From Tubiluchus corallicola (Eukaryota; Animalia; Priapulida), in NCBI GenBank assembly GCA_030141605.1, contig JAQGDQ010001477.1, positions 1-38,908 of the forward strand: DNA of 38,908 nt, read 5' to 3'. Below, piece by piece: positions 38,296-38,908 of this stretch. The notes below the pieces were generated by a model, which ran no database searches, was not told the origin of the DNA, and was given only the letters and a program-made list of their open reading frames with translations. How positions within the stretch are numbered: position 1 is the first letter of the stretch; each line of letters opens with the position of its first letter. The translations under genes were made by a program, and so were the position numbers.

Positions 38296-38390
38296 GTGTG
38301 TAACATATTGAAGTATCTATTTCCTGTTCCTAAGGATGACAGTAGGAGAGTAATGACTTTTGCAAATCAAGATGATTATATCTCATTTCG
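38296..38390 (+). CDS. IMP4: IMP4 internal exon (gene continues past the window)
   Basis: VCNILKYLFPVPKDDSRRVMTFANQDDYISF(R); TTACAG/GTAAAA, phase 0 to 2. Confidence 0.95.
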
Positions 38391-38908
38391 GTAAAATCAA
38401 TTTTTTTCAATAATTTTTTAAGTAAAGCATTAACTTATTATAAGGAAAAACACACAAAAACGCTTAAATCAAAATTAAATTGTAGGTGTTATAATCAAAA
38501 TCAATACACACTTATTTTACGTATGCACGTACTTATGCTATACTTTACCTGTAAGCTGAACAGTACGAGACTATTATTCAAGCAAAAGCACGTAGAAAAG
38601 CTTAATCAGCTCTATAGTTTTCTAGTTAAGTTCTTGAAGTAGAATTTGGAATTTTGCCGATAGTTATTTTGCCTGTTGGGGGACGTTTTTTGGTAATCCA
38701 CAATGTTATGAAAATAATGCCTCTTTGAAGCAAAGTATGACCTGTATGACTTTATGTCATTACTAATGTCAAAATTTTTAGATGCAAGTGTTAATTTGAA
38801 ACAGCATTTTTAAATGTTATAATAAACACTTTTGCAGTCTGACAATGCCAAAGTTCCATTACAGTCGTTGTCATTTGTACACTCATAGTTATTTCTTGGC
38901 AATTTCAT

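Overview
AT-rich, repeat-dense metazoan genomic DNA with spliceosomal introns; no prokaryotic features. Positions 1-24 kb are mostly tandem repeats (95, 62, 51, ~61 and 150 bp units), microsatellites, MITEs and two non-LTR retroelements. The most notable is a ~630 bp internally deleted RTE-clade element (- strand, 9726-10357) with a 19-bp TSD and an (AAG)n tail. Its 5' end is a twister ribozyme, and the element starts at the predicted self-cleavage site. On the + strand, six exons (25539-35677) splice in frame to 226 aa of a cadherin (signal peptide, EC1, most of EC2). The next recognisable exons (37174-38390) encode the central part of IMP4 (Brix domain), whose 5' exons I cannot find in the window. 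The cadherin donor and IMP4 acceptor are both phase 0, so this is a possible chimeric gene, a partial duplication or a mis-join; a ~245-bp-arm inverted repeat lies in the junction. Most long ORFs in the supplied track are repeat artefacts.
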